From: Dehalococcoidia bacterium
GTDB taxonomy: Bacteria; Chloroflexota; Dehalococcoidia; Plut-88900
NCBI GenBank assembly: GCA_965197585.1
Contig: OZ240215.1
Coordinates: forward strand, 1,728,001-1,792,000
Direction of reading: 5' to 3'
Length of the DNA: 64,000 nucleotides
Part shown: in pieces, positions 18,941-28,178 of the stretch
Numbering within the stretch: the stretch's first letter is position 1
How the letters are laid out: each line of letters begins with the position of its first letter
Program-made: the position numbers and the translations under genes
Notes under the pieces: generated by a model
Database searches by the model: none
Seen by the model: the letters and a program-made list of their open reading frames with translations, nothing else
What the model was told of the DNA's origin: nothing

Positions 18941-19667
18941 GTGACATTAACCTATTGACAGGATAAGTACGGTTGTTCTATATTGGTGCCAGGTCTAGAC
19001 CACTACCCTCAACCACCTTAAGGAGGAACCAACACCCAGGGAAGCCCACCCGACCCACCCGAGGACTCAACGCCTCAGCCCATCCCAACGGCCCTCGCGC
19101 AGGCCCGCGGCTCAAGCGAAACGTCCCCCTACGGAGGACCGCCATCTCCTCATCCCCACCGGGTCCCGTGCACCCTTCCCTGACCCCCAGGCGATGGAAA
19201 GACGCCCTGGTTCGCTATCGTTCCATGTGAGGCTCCTAACGGAGATGCCGCTCCTTCAAGCGGAATAGCGGTCGGATAGGCCCGGCGCCGAGGCACTCTC
19301 GGTACCCCGTCCGCTTAATGAAGCCGGGAGCCGGTGGTCTACGCGCTCCGGGTCGCACCGGCAAACTTGGACACATTACGCCTGCAAGAGGCTCCACCCG
19401 GACGCTGGACGAGCCTCCTAGCCGCCCTATAGCGGTGCAGCCAACCCCCCGGAGTCAGGCTCGGACCTGCTGGCCCTGAAGGTCCCTGCCCATGTCCAGC
19501 GTATACAGGGCCACAGGCCGCAGCAGCGGCAAAAGCGGGCCGGGCACCCTTGCCTCAGGGCGTCGGAGCACCCGAGGCACAGGAACAGGGGCAGCGTCCA
19601 GCAAGCGTCTTCCATCGCCAACCCAAAACCCAACAGACAGAACGGAAACCGAAACCCCACAATCGAA
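18941..19667 (+). ncRNA. Putative large structured ncRNA, copy 2 (most divergent; includes promoter)
   Basis: Same conserved blocks. Helix 19190-19205 GGCGATGGAAAGACGC pairs with 19605-19619 GCGTCTTCCATCGCC, continued by CTGG/CCAG, CGCT/AGCG, GTTCC/GGAAC and TGTG/CACA. Carries an inserted hairpin with a cUACGg loop. Confidence 0.75.
18955..18984 (+). promoter_or_regulatory. Promoter TTGACA-N18-TATATT with LexA-box-like AGTACGGTTGTTCT (18966-18979)
   Basis: Perfect -35; the box is one mismatch from AGAAC-N4-GTTCT. Confidence 0.65.
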
Positions 19668-19794
19668 GATGGAACATCCGCCTTGGGTGGGTCCGCCTCT
19701 GGAGGACTGAAGAAAAGGCCAGTGTGTCACTAATCTATTGAACGAATACACCCCCTTTCCCCTCCTCCCCTAACCCTGTTAACATTCTCGGCGC

Positions 19795-20088
19795 ATGGAA
19801 CGGGAACACCTTCAGCGATTGATCCTCGAATCCGTTGAGGATTCTGCCATCGAACCATTCAAGGGCCGGGTCCCTGTCGGCCTCGGCAGGTCCACCGCCC
19901 GTGCCCTCATGTTCAAGATCACCTGCGATTGCGGCGTTACCGCCATGCTGTCGGTTGATACACCGGAAGAGGCCTCGGAAGAGAAGCTCCACGACATGGT
20001 CCCCCATCTAGCCAAAACCCTCGACAATCAGGCCTCCCAGTTCAAGCGCATCCCCTGTGATGCCCACTCCCGCATGTCTATGGGTTAG
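19795..20088 (+). CDS. Hypothetical protein with CxC motif
   Basis: 97-aa ORF with plausible composition, directly upstream of and co-oriented with the FAD oxidoreductase. Confidence 0.7.
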   Translation: MEREHLQRLILESVEDSAIEPFKGRVPVGLGRSTARALMFKITCDCGVTAMLSVDTPEEASEEKLHDMVPHLAKTLDNQASQFKRIPCDAHSRMSMG

Positions 20089-20112
20089 CCTTTCCCACGC
20101 CAGGAGAAAATC

Positions 20113-21228
20113 ATGCAATCATCGGACGTTGTCATACTGGGCGGAGGAATCGCCGGCTGCCTCACCGCTTACTACTTGGCGCAGCGCGGGGTCAAAGCCA
20201 CTGTCATAGAGCGAGAGGCTATCGGAAGCCACGCCTCCGGATACGCTTTCGGGGGCCTGAGCTACCATAGCGGCTCCGGGATCCCCGGCCCGGTCTTCCC
20301 TATTGCCAAGGCCGGCTACTTCCTCCACGAAGATCTTTACGATGACCTCCTCGAAGTCACAGGTGTCGATACCCATTACCGCAAGGGCGCCAACGTCAAG
20401 ATTGCCTTCACTTCTCAGGAGGCACGAGACCTCGAGGAGGAAGTCGCCTGGCAGACCAAACTCGGCATCGATTCCAAGATCATCGACCTTGCCCAGGTCC
20501 AGCAGATCGAACCTCGCGTAAATCCCGAGGCCATCAGTTTCCGATACATCGAGGAGTCAGCTGCGGTGGAAGCTTACCGATTGTCTGTCGCTGTTATGCA
20601 GGCTGCAGAGAAGCTAGGTGCAGTCCTAAGGCACGGCAACGTCGTTGGCATAAAGCGTAACGGCTCCCGCCCAGAGGCCATATTGACTGAGAGTGGTGAG
20701 GAAATACCCTGTGACACCGTAGTCGTGGCCATGGGCCCATGGAGCACCGATGCCGCTTCCTGGCTCGATTTTCCCGTGCCCATTTGGCCCCTCAAGGGAC
20801 AGATAGTCCGACTCGAGATGCCCGGGGAGCCCTTAGCCTGCTGGTTCGGATACCACGACAGCTACTGTGGCACCAAGGCCGACGGCCTAACCTGGTGCGG
20901 CACCACCGAGGAGAACGCAGGATTCGACGTGAGTACACACGTCCAGGCCATGAATAGCGTCATTGCCGACGCCGTTAAGATGATCCCCTCCCTCGCCGAG
21001 GCCCGTCTCGCCCTACAGACCGCCTGCCTCCGACCCATGGCCTCCGACCTCTTTCCCATCGTCGGCCCCGTACCCGGATGGGAGGGCGTCTACATGTGCA
21101 CCGGAGGCGGACGTAAAGGCATACTCCTGGGCCCCGGTATGGCTAAAATAGTCGCCGACCTCATTACAACCGGCCAGTCAGACATAGAGCACTCCGGAAT
21201 CCTCCCCTCCCGATTCTCCAAAGACTAA
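20113..21228 (+). CDS. FAD-dependent oxidoreductase (DAO/glycine oxidase-like)
   Basis: GGGIAG Rossmann motif, KGQ, LRP and GILLGP motifs; AGGAG RBS. Confidence 0.9.
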   Translation: MQSSDVVILGGGIAGCLTAYYLAQRGVKATVIEREAIGSHASGYAFGGLSYHSGSGIPGPVFPIAKAGYFLHEDLYDDLLEVTGVDTHYRKGANVKIAFTSQEARDLEEEVAWQTKLGIDSKIIDLAQVQQIEPRVNPEAISFRYIEESAAVEAYRLSVAVMQAAEKLGAVLRHGNVVGIKRNGSRPEAILTESGEEIPCDTVVVAMGPWSTDAASWLDFPVPIWPLKGQIVRLEMPGEPLACWFGYHDSYCGTKADGLTWCGTTEENAGFDVSTHVQAMNSVIADAVKMIPSLAEARLALQTACLRPMASDLFPIVGPVPGWEGVYMCTGGGRKGILLGPGMAKIVADLITTGQSDIEHSGILPSRFSKD

Positions 21229-21258
21229 CCTCGCTTCTACAACCAACTCGTCCCCTCC

Positions 21259-21375
21259 GTCATTCCGGCCGCCGGGAGCCGGAATCCATCCCATTAGACC
21301 ACGATAGACGTAGCATCTTCCCTCGCCAGCGACCTATACCATGTCATCCCGAGGCTCCGCGAGGGATCTAAGGCA
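21259..21375 (+). repeat. Two GTCAT(T/C)CC-type REPs
   Basis: GTCATTCCGGC...GCCGGAATCCATC and TGTCATCCCGAGGCTCCGCGAGGGATCTAAGG. Confidence 0.7.
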
Positions 21376-21455
21376 TAAGCCAAGTAATCTCACTCCTCTT
21401 AGACTACCATCCGAGCCCGAGAGAACTCCCTCTCTCCTCACCATTCGATCTGCAA

Positions 21456-21508
21456 CAAAAAGAACCTCCGGACTGCTCGTTTAAACGAGCAGTCCGGAGG
21501 TTTCTTAT
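21456..21508. terminator. Perfect 40-bp palindrome, probable bidirectional intrinsic terminator
   Basis: AACCTCCGGACTGCTCGTTT|AAACGAGCAGTCCGGAGGTT (21463-21502) with A-rich left and T-rich right flanks, between convergent genes. Confidence 0.8.
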
Positions 21509-21544
21509 CTCAAATTGGCGGGAGGAGAAAGAGGAAGCGCTTAG

Positions 21545-21874
21545 CTACTTCTTCTTAGCGCTCCCTCGACGCCCCGAGCCCGCCTTGGGCTTGGCCGACG
21601 GTGTCGGGTCGCTCATCATCTTGTTAAGGCCCTTCATAAGCCTCGACGCGGTCCTGGACGCCTTGTTCGGGTGTATGTAACCCCGGGACCCGGCCTTGTC
21701 CAAAGAAGACACCGCCGCCCGCGCCGATCTCTGTGCCGCGGCCACGTCTCCCTGTTCCGCCGAAGTCCTCGCGATCTTAACTGTTGTTTTCAGGGCGCTT
21801 GTCACACGGCGGTTTATTATCGTCTTTCGTGCTGTCACCCTTGCCGATTTCTCTGCGGACTTTGAATTGGCCAA
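21545..21874 (-). CDS. rpsT: 30S ribosomal protein S20 with basic C-terminal extension
   Basis: MANSKSAEK...LDKA...IHPNKASR..SRL. Confidence 0.95.
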   Translation of the reverse strand: MANSKSAEKSARVTARKTIINRRVTSALKTTVKIARTSAEQGDVAAAQRSARAAVSSLDKAGSRGYIHPNKASRTASRLMKGLNKMMSDPTPSAKPKAGSGRRGSAKKK

Positions 21875-21901
21875 TCTGCTAAGTTCCTCCCGACGCTACG
21901 A

Positions 21902-24085
21902 CTATCCGACCGTCTTTACGGACTGCGAAAGGTGATCGCTTCTCCTGACACGTAGCACTCCCGGCACCGTTTCCAGCCGGTTGAATATTCGGCTTAGCTG
22001 GCTGATGCCGTTCGTACCCAGACTCAAGTATTCCGTAACCGTCCCGTCCTCGTGCGCCTCAGATAATACTCCCGATATATTTACTTTTTCTGCCGAAACT
22101 ACTGTCGTAATGTCCCTCAGCAACCCCACCCTGTCCTTGCCTTCGATTTCGATTCTAACAGGGTACAGCCGTGCAGTCGAACCCCACCCTACCTCGATTA
22201 GCCTCTCCGGTTCCGTCACGTTAGTTATATTGTAACAAGACTTCCGATGGACGCTCACCCCTTGTGCCCTAGTGATGAAGCCCATAATCTCGTTGCCCGG
22301 CAGGGGTTGGCAGCACTTCGCGAGGCGGGTCAGCACATCTCCCACACCCAGTACCGTGACTCCTCCGGTAAAGCCCTTATCAATATCCGGCCCCGGACCA
22401 TAGTCGGGCGCTTGCTTCTCCGTACCCGATAGCCGAGTTGCAATCTGGTGGATGCTGATCGCTCCCGACCCGATAGCCGCGTACAGGTCCTCCCTCGTCG
22501 TGAAGCTCAGCTTGTCAGCTATTTCATCAACCGTAAATTCCAGCGCTAGCCGCTTTCGCTCTTTCTCGATAAGGTCTTGGCCGCGCTGCATGTTCTCGAC
22601 CCGTTCCTGTTTCCTGAACCATACGCGGATGGCCTGCCTTGCCCCGGCCGTGTTCACATACCCCAGGTCCGGGTTCAGCCAGTCGAGCCTCGGCCCCTGG
22701 ATTCTCTTGCTGGTCAGTATCTGTACCGTGTCCCCGTTCTCCAGCTGATAGTCCAGCGACGTGAGCTTGCCGTTTACCTTGGCCCCGCTGCACTTGTGCC
22801 CAATGTCTGTGTGGATCCGGTATGCGAAGTCTATCGGCGTGGCACCCGCCGGAAGCTCCTTGACCTCCCCTTTAGGCGTGTACACGAACACCTGGTTCGG
22901 TAGCAGGTCCGTCTTGACCGACTCCAGGAACTCCTCCGCCCCCGACACGTCCCTCTGCCATTCCAGCAGCTGTCGCACCCACGTCATTCGCTCTTCAAAG
23001 TGGCTCGTGCCCTTCGCCCCCTCCTTGTATCGCCAGTGTGCCGCTATCCCAAACTCTGACACCTGGTGCATCTCGAAGGTGCGGATCTGGACCTCCATCG
23101 GCACCCCGCCTTCGGCCATGACACTCGTGTGCAGCGACTGATAGCTGTTCTCCCTAGGATTGGCTATATAGTCGTCAAACTGACCGGGTATCGGATGCCA
23201 AAGCGCATGCGCTACTCCCAACGCGCCGTAACAGTCAGCTACTTGCTTCACCAGGACCCGTAAGGCGAACAGATCGTGAATCTGGTCGAACTCCTTGCCC
23301 TGTGCCGTATACCTAGCCATCTTCCGGTGGATGCTGTATATGTGCTTCGGCCTACCCGTCACCTCCGCCTCTATCCCGGCATCATCCAACGCCGACTTCA
23401 ACAAATAGGTGACCTGGGAGACGTAGCGTTCCCGCTTTGCCCGCTTCTGGGTCAACAAGCGGGATATCTCCCGATACCTGTCGGGCTGTAGCACGCGGAA
23501 GGCCAGGTCTTCCAGTTTCCACTTTAGATCGGCCATCCCGAGCCGGTGTGCCAAAGGAGCATAGATGTCCAATGTCTCCCGAGCAACGTTTAGCTGACGC
23601 TGTCGGGGCAGTGCCCTGAGTGTGCTCATGTTGTGCAGTCGGTCGGCCAGCTTAATCAGCACCACCCGGATGTCCTGCGCCATGGCCACCAGCATCTTGC
23701 GCAGGTTCTCGGCCTGAGTCGCCGAGTCGTCCATGTTGTGCCCGTTTGTCCTCCGGATGGCCATGAGTTCCAGCCTGGTCAGCTTGGACACCCCGTCGAC
23801 CAGCCGCGACACCTCCGGCCCGAACCGTTCGTCCAACTGCTCCGGCGTGACATCGCAGTCCTCTATCACGTCGTGAAGTAGAGCAGCAGCGATGCAGTTG
23901 GCATCCAGCTTCAAGTCCGCCAGGTGCAGTGCCGTGGATAGAGGGTGCTGAATGTACGGCTCCCCCGACATCCGTGCCTGTCCCCTATGACTCAGCTCCG
24001 CAAAATCGTACGCGTCCGACACAAACCCGACCCTGTCCTCGGGCAAATACCTCTCTAAGCTGGAAAGAAGCTTCTCTTTATTCAT
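21902..24085 (-). CDS. rel: Bifunctional (p)ppGpp synthase/hydrolase Rel
   Basis: HD domain LHDVIED, KLADRLHNM, YQSLHT, EVQIRT, then TGS, CC and ACT domains. Confidence 0.97.
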   Translation of the reverse strand: MNKEKLLSSLERYLPEDRVGFVSDAYDFAELSHRGQARMSGEPYIQHPLSTALHLADLKLDANCIAAALLHDVIEDCDVTPEQLDERFGPEVSRLVDGVSKLTRLELMAIRRTNGHNMDDSATQAENLRKMLVAMAQDIRVVLIKLADRLHNMSTLRALPRQRQLNVARETLDIYAPLAHRLGMADLKWKLEDLAFRVLQPDRYREISRLLTQKRAKRERYVSQVTYLLKSALDDAGIEAEVTGRPKHIYSIHRKMARYTAQGKEFDQIHDLFALRVLVKQVADCYGALGVAHALWHPIPGQFDDYIANPRENSYQSLHTSVMAEGGVPMEVQIRTFEMHQVSEFGIAAHWRYKEGAKGTSHFEERMTWVRQLLEWQRDVSGAEEFLESVKTDLLPNQVFVYTPKGEVKELPAGATPIDFAYRIHTDIGHKCSGAKVNGKLTSLDYQLENGDTVQILTSKRIQGPRLDWLNPDLGYVNTAGARQAIRVWFRKQERVENMQRGQDLIEKERKRLALEFTVDEIADKLSFTTREDLYAAIGSGAISIHQIATRLSGTEKQAPDYGPGPDIDKGFTGGVTVLGVGDVLTRLAKCCQPLPGNEIMGFITRAQGVSVHRKSCYNITNVTEPERLIEVGWGSTARLYPVRIEIEGKDRVGLLRDITTVVSAEKVNISGVLSEAHEDGTVTEYLSLGTNGISQLSRIFNRLETVPGVLRVRRSDHLSQSVKTVG

Positions 24086-24199
24086 CGCTTACACTTGCCG
24101 GAAATCAGCATAAGTCAGTATAGCCCACGCCAACTCACCCTTTCAATTTCACCCAGCGTCCCAGTCCCTCACAATCGACGCACTGTTCTTGTTGAGTCT

Positions 24200-25069
24200 T
24201 CATGCTTTTGGGTCTCTTCTGGAGGTCCGACGTCGGGACAATCTGCGGTTAAGGTTTGCGCGTGCGGCAACGAGATCTACCTGCGCTTTGACAACTCTGT
24301 CTAGATCAGAATCCTCCTGGTAATCGGCAGGGACAACACAGTTGACACGATTATCTTTAAGAAACTGGTTAGCCGCCATAAGTGCATTTTTGCCACGGGG
24401 TTCATAAACCGCTATGGAGAGTCCGCCAGAGTCTTTGACTAGTCTGAAGCACGGAATATCATTCGCGCTGTCCCCAACATAAATCATATTTTCAAATGGT
24501 ACCGGGCGGTCTTTCATCTCTACGAATTCGTTAATCCTCTTGTCATCTGTCAATTCGTGCGCGTCTTTGTTGATTCTGAAAAGAAACTGGGTTTTCGTAG
24601 TGTAATTAACTACCTGCGCAGGCCACGTGGCGACTTCATGTTGGTCGAACAGGAACCTGGATGCGTAGATTTCCTTGAAATGCCGCTCTATCTTAGTCCC
24701 CTCAATAATTTCTGCATTACCTGATGACACAATATAATGCTCGTTAGTGACATTCTTGCATTCGCTGTAGGCATTAATCCGGTCGAACCATTCTTCGACC
24801 CCCTCATAAAATGCAACTCTACTACCTTGCTCACGAAAGCCTTTCCGATCTACCTTTACACCTTTCTCATTCGCCTTTTTTAGCATGAGGTGCATGTACA
24901 TTAGAATCTTGTCTGCTTTATGAATTTCACAGAGGTAATTGACCTCCGACCAAAAATCTTTGGGGCTCATTCCGATATCAGGAATGAACTGGGGTTCCTG
25001 CATATTGCCGGGAGCCAATGTCCCGTCAAAGTCATAGATGATTGCTAATCGTGTGTTCTGCTTGGGCAT
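24200..25069 (-). CDS. HAD-like hydrolase in an AT-richer segment
   Basis: YDFDGTL, VSSG, KTQFLFRINK and MIYVGDS motifs; start at MPKQ inferred. Confidence 0.85.
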   Translation of the reverse strand: MPKQNTRLAIIYDFDGTLAPGNMQEPQFIPDIGMSPKDFWSEVNYLCEIHKADKILMYMHLMLKKANEKGVKVDRKGFREQGSRVAFYEGVEEWFDRINAYSECKNVTNEHYIVSSGNAEIIEGTKIERHFKEIYASRFLFDQHEVATWPAQVVNYTTKTQFLFRINKDAHELTDDKRINEFVEMKDRPVPFENMIYVGDSANDIPCFRLVKDSGGLSIAVYEPRGKNALMAANQFLKDNRVNCVVPADYQEDSDLDRVVKAQVDLVAARANLNRRLSRRRTSRRDPKA

Positions 25070-25389
25070 TTCGTGTCCTAACTCATTAAGCCAACGTTTC
25101 TTGTCTTCACCCGACCCCCTCTCTCTTCTAGATTCCATGCTTCAAGAGACTGCTCCGACTCCGTACGGCTCTCCCAAAAATCTCGGAGTGTTTTCTTAGC
25201 AATTATCCACACTGCAAATCATACATGCTCCTCTTACACGACGTAATACGTTATTCCCATTTGTTGAACAAGTAGTGCATAGCAACTGAGACACACTCCA
25301 TTCCAGGCCCCCAAATCGATAGGCTCGAAGCCCCAGCCCGAACTCCGAAAATCAAAGACCAAAATCCCCCAATCCGCTAAAATCCATCC

Positions 25390-26472
25390 ATGCAACCCGA
25401 CCCTTGGCGCTATATCCTCCACGCTGACCTCGACGCCTTCTACGCCTCCGTAGAGCAGCTCGACAATCCGCGCTATCGGGGCCTACCCCTGGTCGTAGGC
25501 GGCTCTCCCACGGTTCGCGGGGTAGTGGCTGCCGCCTCCTACGAGGCCCGCGAGTTCGGCATCCGTTCCGCTATGCCCATGCGCACCGCCCTCCGGCTCC
25601 ACCCTCCCGTCATCCGAGTCCCGCCCCGCTTTGACCGCTACCGGGAGCTCTCCGAACAGGTCATGGCCGTCTACCGGGCCCTCACCCCCCTCGTCGAACC
25701 CCTCTCCCTAGATGAAGCCTACATGGACATCAGTGAGCAGGTGCCTCGCGGCTCCGTACAGCGAACGGCAGCCGAACTAAAAGCGGACATACTAAAGGCA
25801 ACTGGCCTACCTGTCACCGTCGGCGGTGGAATCTCCAAGACCGTGGCCAAGATAGCTTCCCAACTCGGAAAGCCCGACGGCCTGCTCCTCGTCAGACCCG
25901 GCGAAGAAGTGGAGTTCCTTAGACCCTTGGATGTAGGCCTTCTCTGGGGTGTCGGGGAAAAATCCGCCGAGCTTCTCCGCCGCTATGGCATCGACACCAT
26001 AGGCGACCTGGCAGACCGTAAGGACGCTTGGTTAAGCCATACCTTCGGAAAGCGCGGCCCAGAGCTCAAGGAGCGAGCCCTTGGCCTTGACCGCGAGCCC
26101 GTAGTCCCCTCCCGCGAGACCAAGTCCGTCAGTTCGGAGACTACCTTCCCAACGGACGTCGGCAGCCGAGACCGTATGGAGGCATTCCTCAAAGATCTAT
26201 CCGATGAGGTCAGCTCCCGACTCAAGAAAGAGGGGCTCCGAGGCAAGACCGTCTCCATTAAGCTCCGCCTGTCCGATTTCACCACCTTCACTCGCCAGCA
26301 GACATCTCTTTCACCCATCGACGACGCATCCGATATCTTCCGCTCAGCCCGTACTCTCCTGCGTCGGGAAATGAACCCCGGCCTGGAGTTCCGGCTATTG
26401 GGTGTCGGCGTCTCTGGATTCCAGGACTTCGGCCAGCTACCCCTGTTCTCTCTCGACGAAGAGGAATCTTAA
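25390..26472 (+). CDS. dinB: DNA polymerase IV
   Basis: HADLDAFYASVEQ, SYEAR, SLDEAY and AKIAS..KPDG motifs. Confidence 0.96.
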   Translation: MQPDPWRYILHADLDAFYASVEQLDNPRYRGLPLVVGGSPTVRGVVAAASYEAREFGIRSAMPMRTALRLHPPVIRVPPRFDRYRELSEQVMAVYRALTPLVEPLSLDEAYMDISEQVPRGSVQRTAAELKADILKATGLPVTVGGGISKTVAKIASQLGKPDGLLLVRPGEEVEFLRPLDVGLLWGVGEKSAELLRRYGIDTIGDLADRKDAWLSHTFGKRGPELKERALGLDREPVVPSRETKSVSSETTFPTDVGSRDRMEAFLKDLSDEVSSRLKKEGLRGKTVSIKLRLSDFTTFTRQQTSLSPIDDASDIFRSARTLLRREMNPGLEFRLLGVGVSGFQDFGQLPLFSLDEEES

Positions 26473-26551
26473 CCCGCTATCCTAATCTCGTTACACCCCC
26501 TGCGATATAATCTCCCCATCACCAACCGCCACCGCAACGGAGGAAACCGCC

Positions 26552-27496
26552 ATGCAGTTCGGATGTACCCTTCCCAACAGAGGAGACCTTACCTCAGCCG
26601 AGAACCTTAAAGTCATGGCCCAAACCGCCGAGAAAAACGACTTCGATTCCGTCTGGGTAAGCGACCACATCGTCATCCCCACCGACATCGCACCCCTCTA
26701 CCCCTACAGCGAATCCGGTGAACTCCCCTTCAACCCCGACTCCCCATACTGCGAACCCCTAACCACCCTCGCCTTCCTCTCAGGCGTCACTGGTTCCGTC
26801 CGGCTCGGCACCCACGTCCTAGTCCTGCCCTACAGGAACCCGGTGCTGGCCGCCAAGATGATATCCACCCTGGACTTCCTTTCCGGCGGAAGGGTAATCA
26901 TGGGCATCGGAGCAGGGTGGATGGAGGAGGAATTCGAAGCCCTTGACTCCCCTCCTTTCCCCCAACGAGGCCGAGTCACTGACGAATACTTAGAAATATA
27001 TAGAGAGCTCTGGACCAACCCCAACCCCGAGTTCAAGAGCGAGTTCGCCCACGCCTCTGGTTACAAATTCTCACCCAAGCCTGTCCAGCAGCCAGGGCCA
27101 CCCATCTGGGTCGGCGGCCACAGCGGTCCCGCCATCCGACGCGCCGCTCGATTCGGAGACGCTTGGCTCCCAATCGGTCTCCGTGGCACCGCCGGCCTCG
27201 AACCCGATGAGCTCAAAAGCAAAATACAGCACCTGGCCTCCCTCACCGAAAAAGCAGGCCGAGACCCGACCTCCGTCAAGACCTGCTTCAGCACCGACCT
27301 CGGCTTCGATTACGGCCCTGATAGCTCCGAGCGCAGGACCCTCTCTGGCAGCCCAGAGCAGATCGCCCAGGATATCCGCCGTTACGCAGAGGTGGGGGTA
27401 GAGTACTTCCTCTTCTCCTACAGATCAGGTTCTGTGACCGAGGTCCTCGAGTCCATGGAGCAGTTCGCCACCGAAGTCAGACCCCTCGTAGCTTGA
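26552..27496 (+). CDS. LLM-class (probably F420-dependent) oxidoreductase
   Basis: WVSDH, LGTHVLVLPYRNP, LDFLSGGR and PPIWVGG motifs. Confidence 0.9.
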   Translation: MQFGCTLPNRGDLTSAENLKVMAQTAEKNDFDSVWVSDHIVIPTDIAPLYPYSESGELPFNPDSPYCEPLTTLAFLSGVTGSVRLGTHVLVLPYRNPVLAAKMISTLDFLSGGRVIMGIGAGWMEEEFEALDSPPFPQRGRVTDEYLEIYRELWTNPNPEFKSEFAHASGYKFSPKPVQQPGPPIWVGGHSGPAIRRAARFGDAWLPIGLRGTAGLEPDELKSKIQHLASLTEKAGRDPTSVKTCFSTDLGFDYGPDSSERRTLSGSPEQIAQDIRRYAEVGVEYFLFSYRSGSVTEVLESMEQFATEVRPLVA

Positions 27497-27530
27497 TGTC
27501 TTCAAGTCGATTCTCGAGCCTCCAGAAATA

Positions 27531-28163
27531 ATGGATCCCACCCGCTTCGATCTCCAGCACATCCACACCGCCAGTAACGTCAAGGAACTCGCCGAGCGAT
27601 ATGACCGCATGGCCGACAACTACGACGATTCCCTGGAAGGGGATTGGGGCTGGACTTCGCCCGAATACACCGCAGAAGTCCTCTCTCGATACGCGTCCCC
27701 CACCGCCCGAGTCCTCGACGCTGGCGCCGGTACCGGCCTCGTTGCCCAGGCCCTCTTCAGACGCGGCTACCGGAACTTATTCGGTATCGACATGGCCCAC
27801 GAGATGATGAGGAAAGCCTTGCCAAAGAGAGTCTATCGAGGCCTCTACCGCGTCGAGTTGGGCGAACCTCTACCCTTCCAATCAGACCAATTCGACGCCG
27901 TTATCTCCGTTGGCACTATGGCAATGGGACACGCCCCGGCCCACTGCCTTGAAGAGCTGGTGCGCGTGACCCGACCCGGAGGCCACATCGCCTACACCCT
28001 CCGACCCGTCGTCTACAAGCACATGGGCTTTGAGAAAGTCCAGGACTCCTTGGAGTCCCGAGGCCAATGGAAGTTTCTGGAAAAGACCCTCCCCTTCGCC
28101 CCGATGCCTAAGAAAGAACCCGACTTCTATTACGAGGTCTGGGTCTACCAGGTCACTCGATAG
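27531..28163 (+). CDS. Class I SAM-dependent methyltransferase
   Basis: VLDAGAGTG motif I, FDAVISVG and RPGG. Confidence 0.9.
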   Translation: MDPTRFDLQHIHTASNVKELAERYDRMADNYDDSLEGDWGWTSPEYTAEVLSRYASPTARVLDAGAGTGLVAQALFRRGYRNLFGIDMAHEMMRKALPKRVYRGLYRVELGEPLPFQSDQFDAVISVGTMAMGHAPAHCLEELVRVTRPGGHIAYTLRPVVYKHMGFEKVQDSLESRGQWKFLEKTLPFAPMPKKEPDFYYEVWVYQVTR

Positions 28164-28178
28164 TCCGCCAGATAGTCC

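Noticed and set aside
21545-21620. C-terminal extension of S20 as a novelty
   Set aside because: Low-complexity Lys/Ala/Pro-rich tails are common on ribosomal proteins.
25140-25390. LexA box upstream of dinB as internal support for the SOS motif
   Set aside because: No convincing GAAC-N4-GTTC match found by eye, so the LexA idea lacks a positive control within this window.
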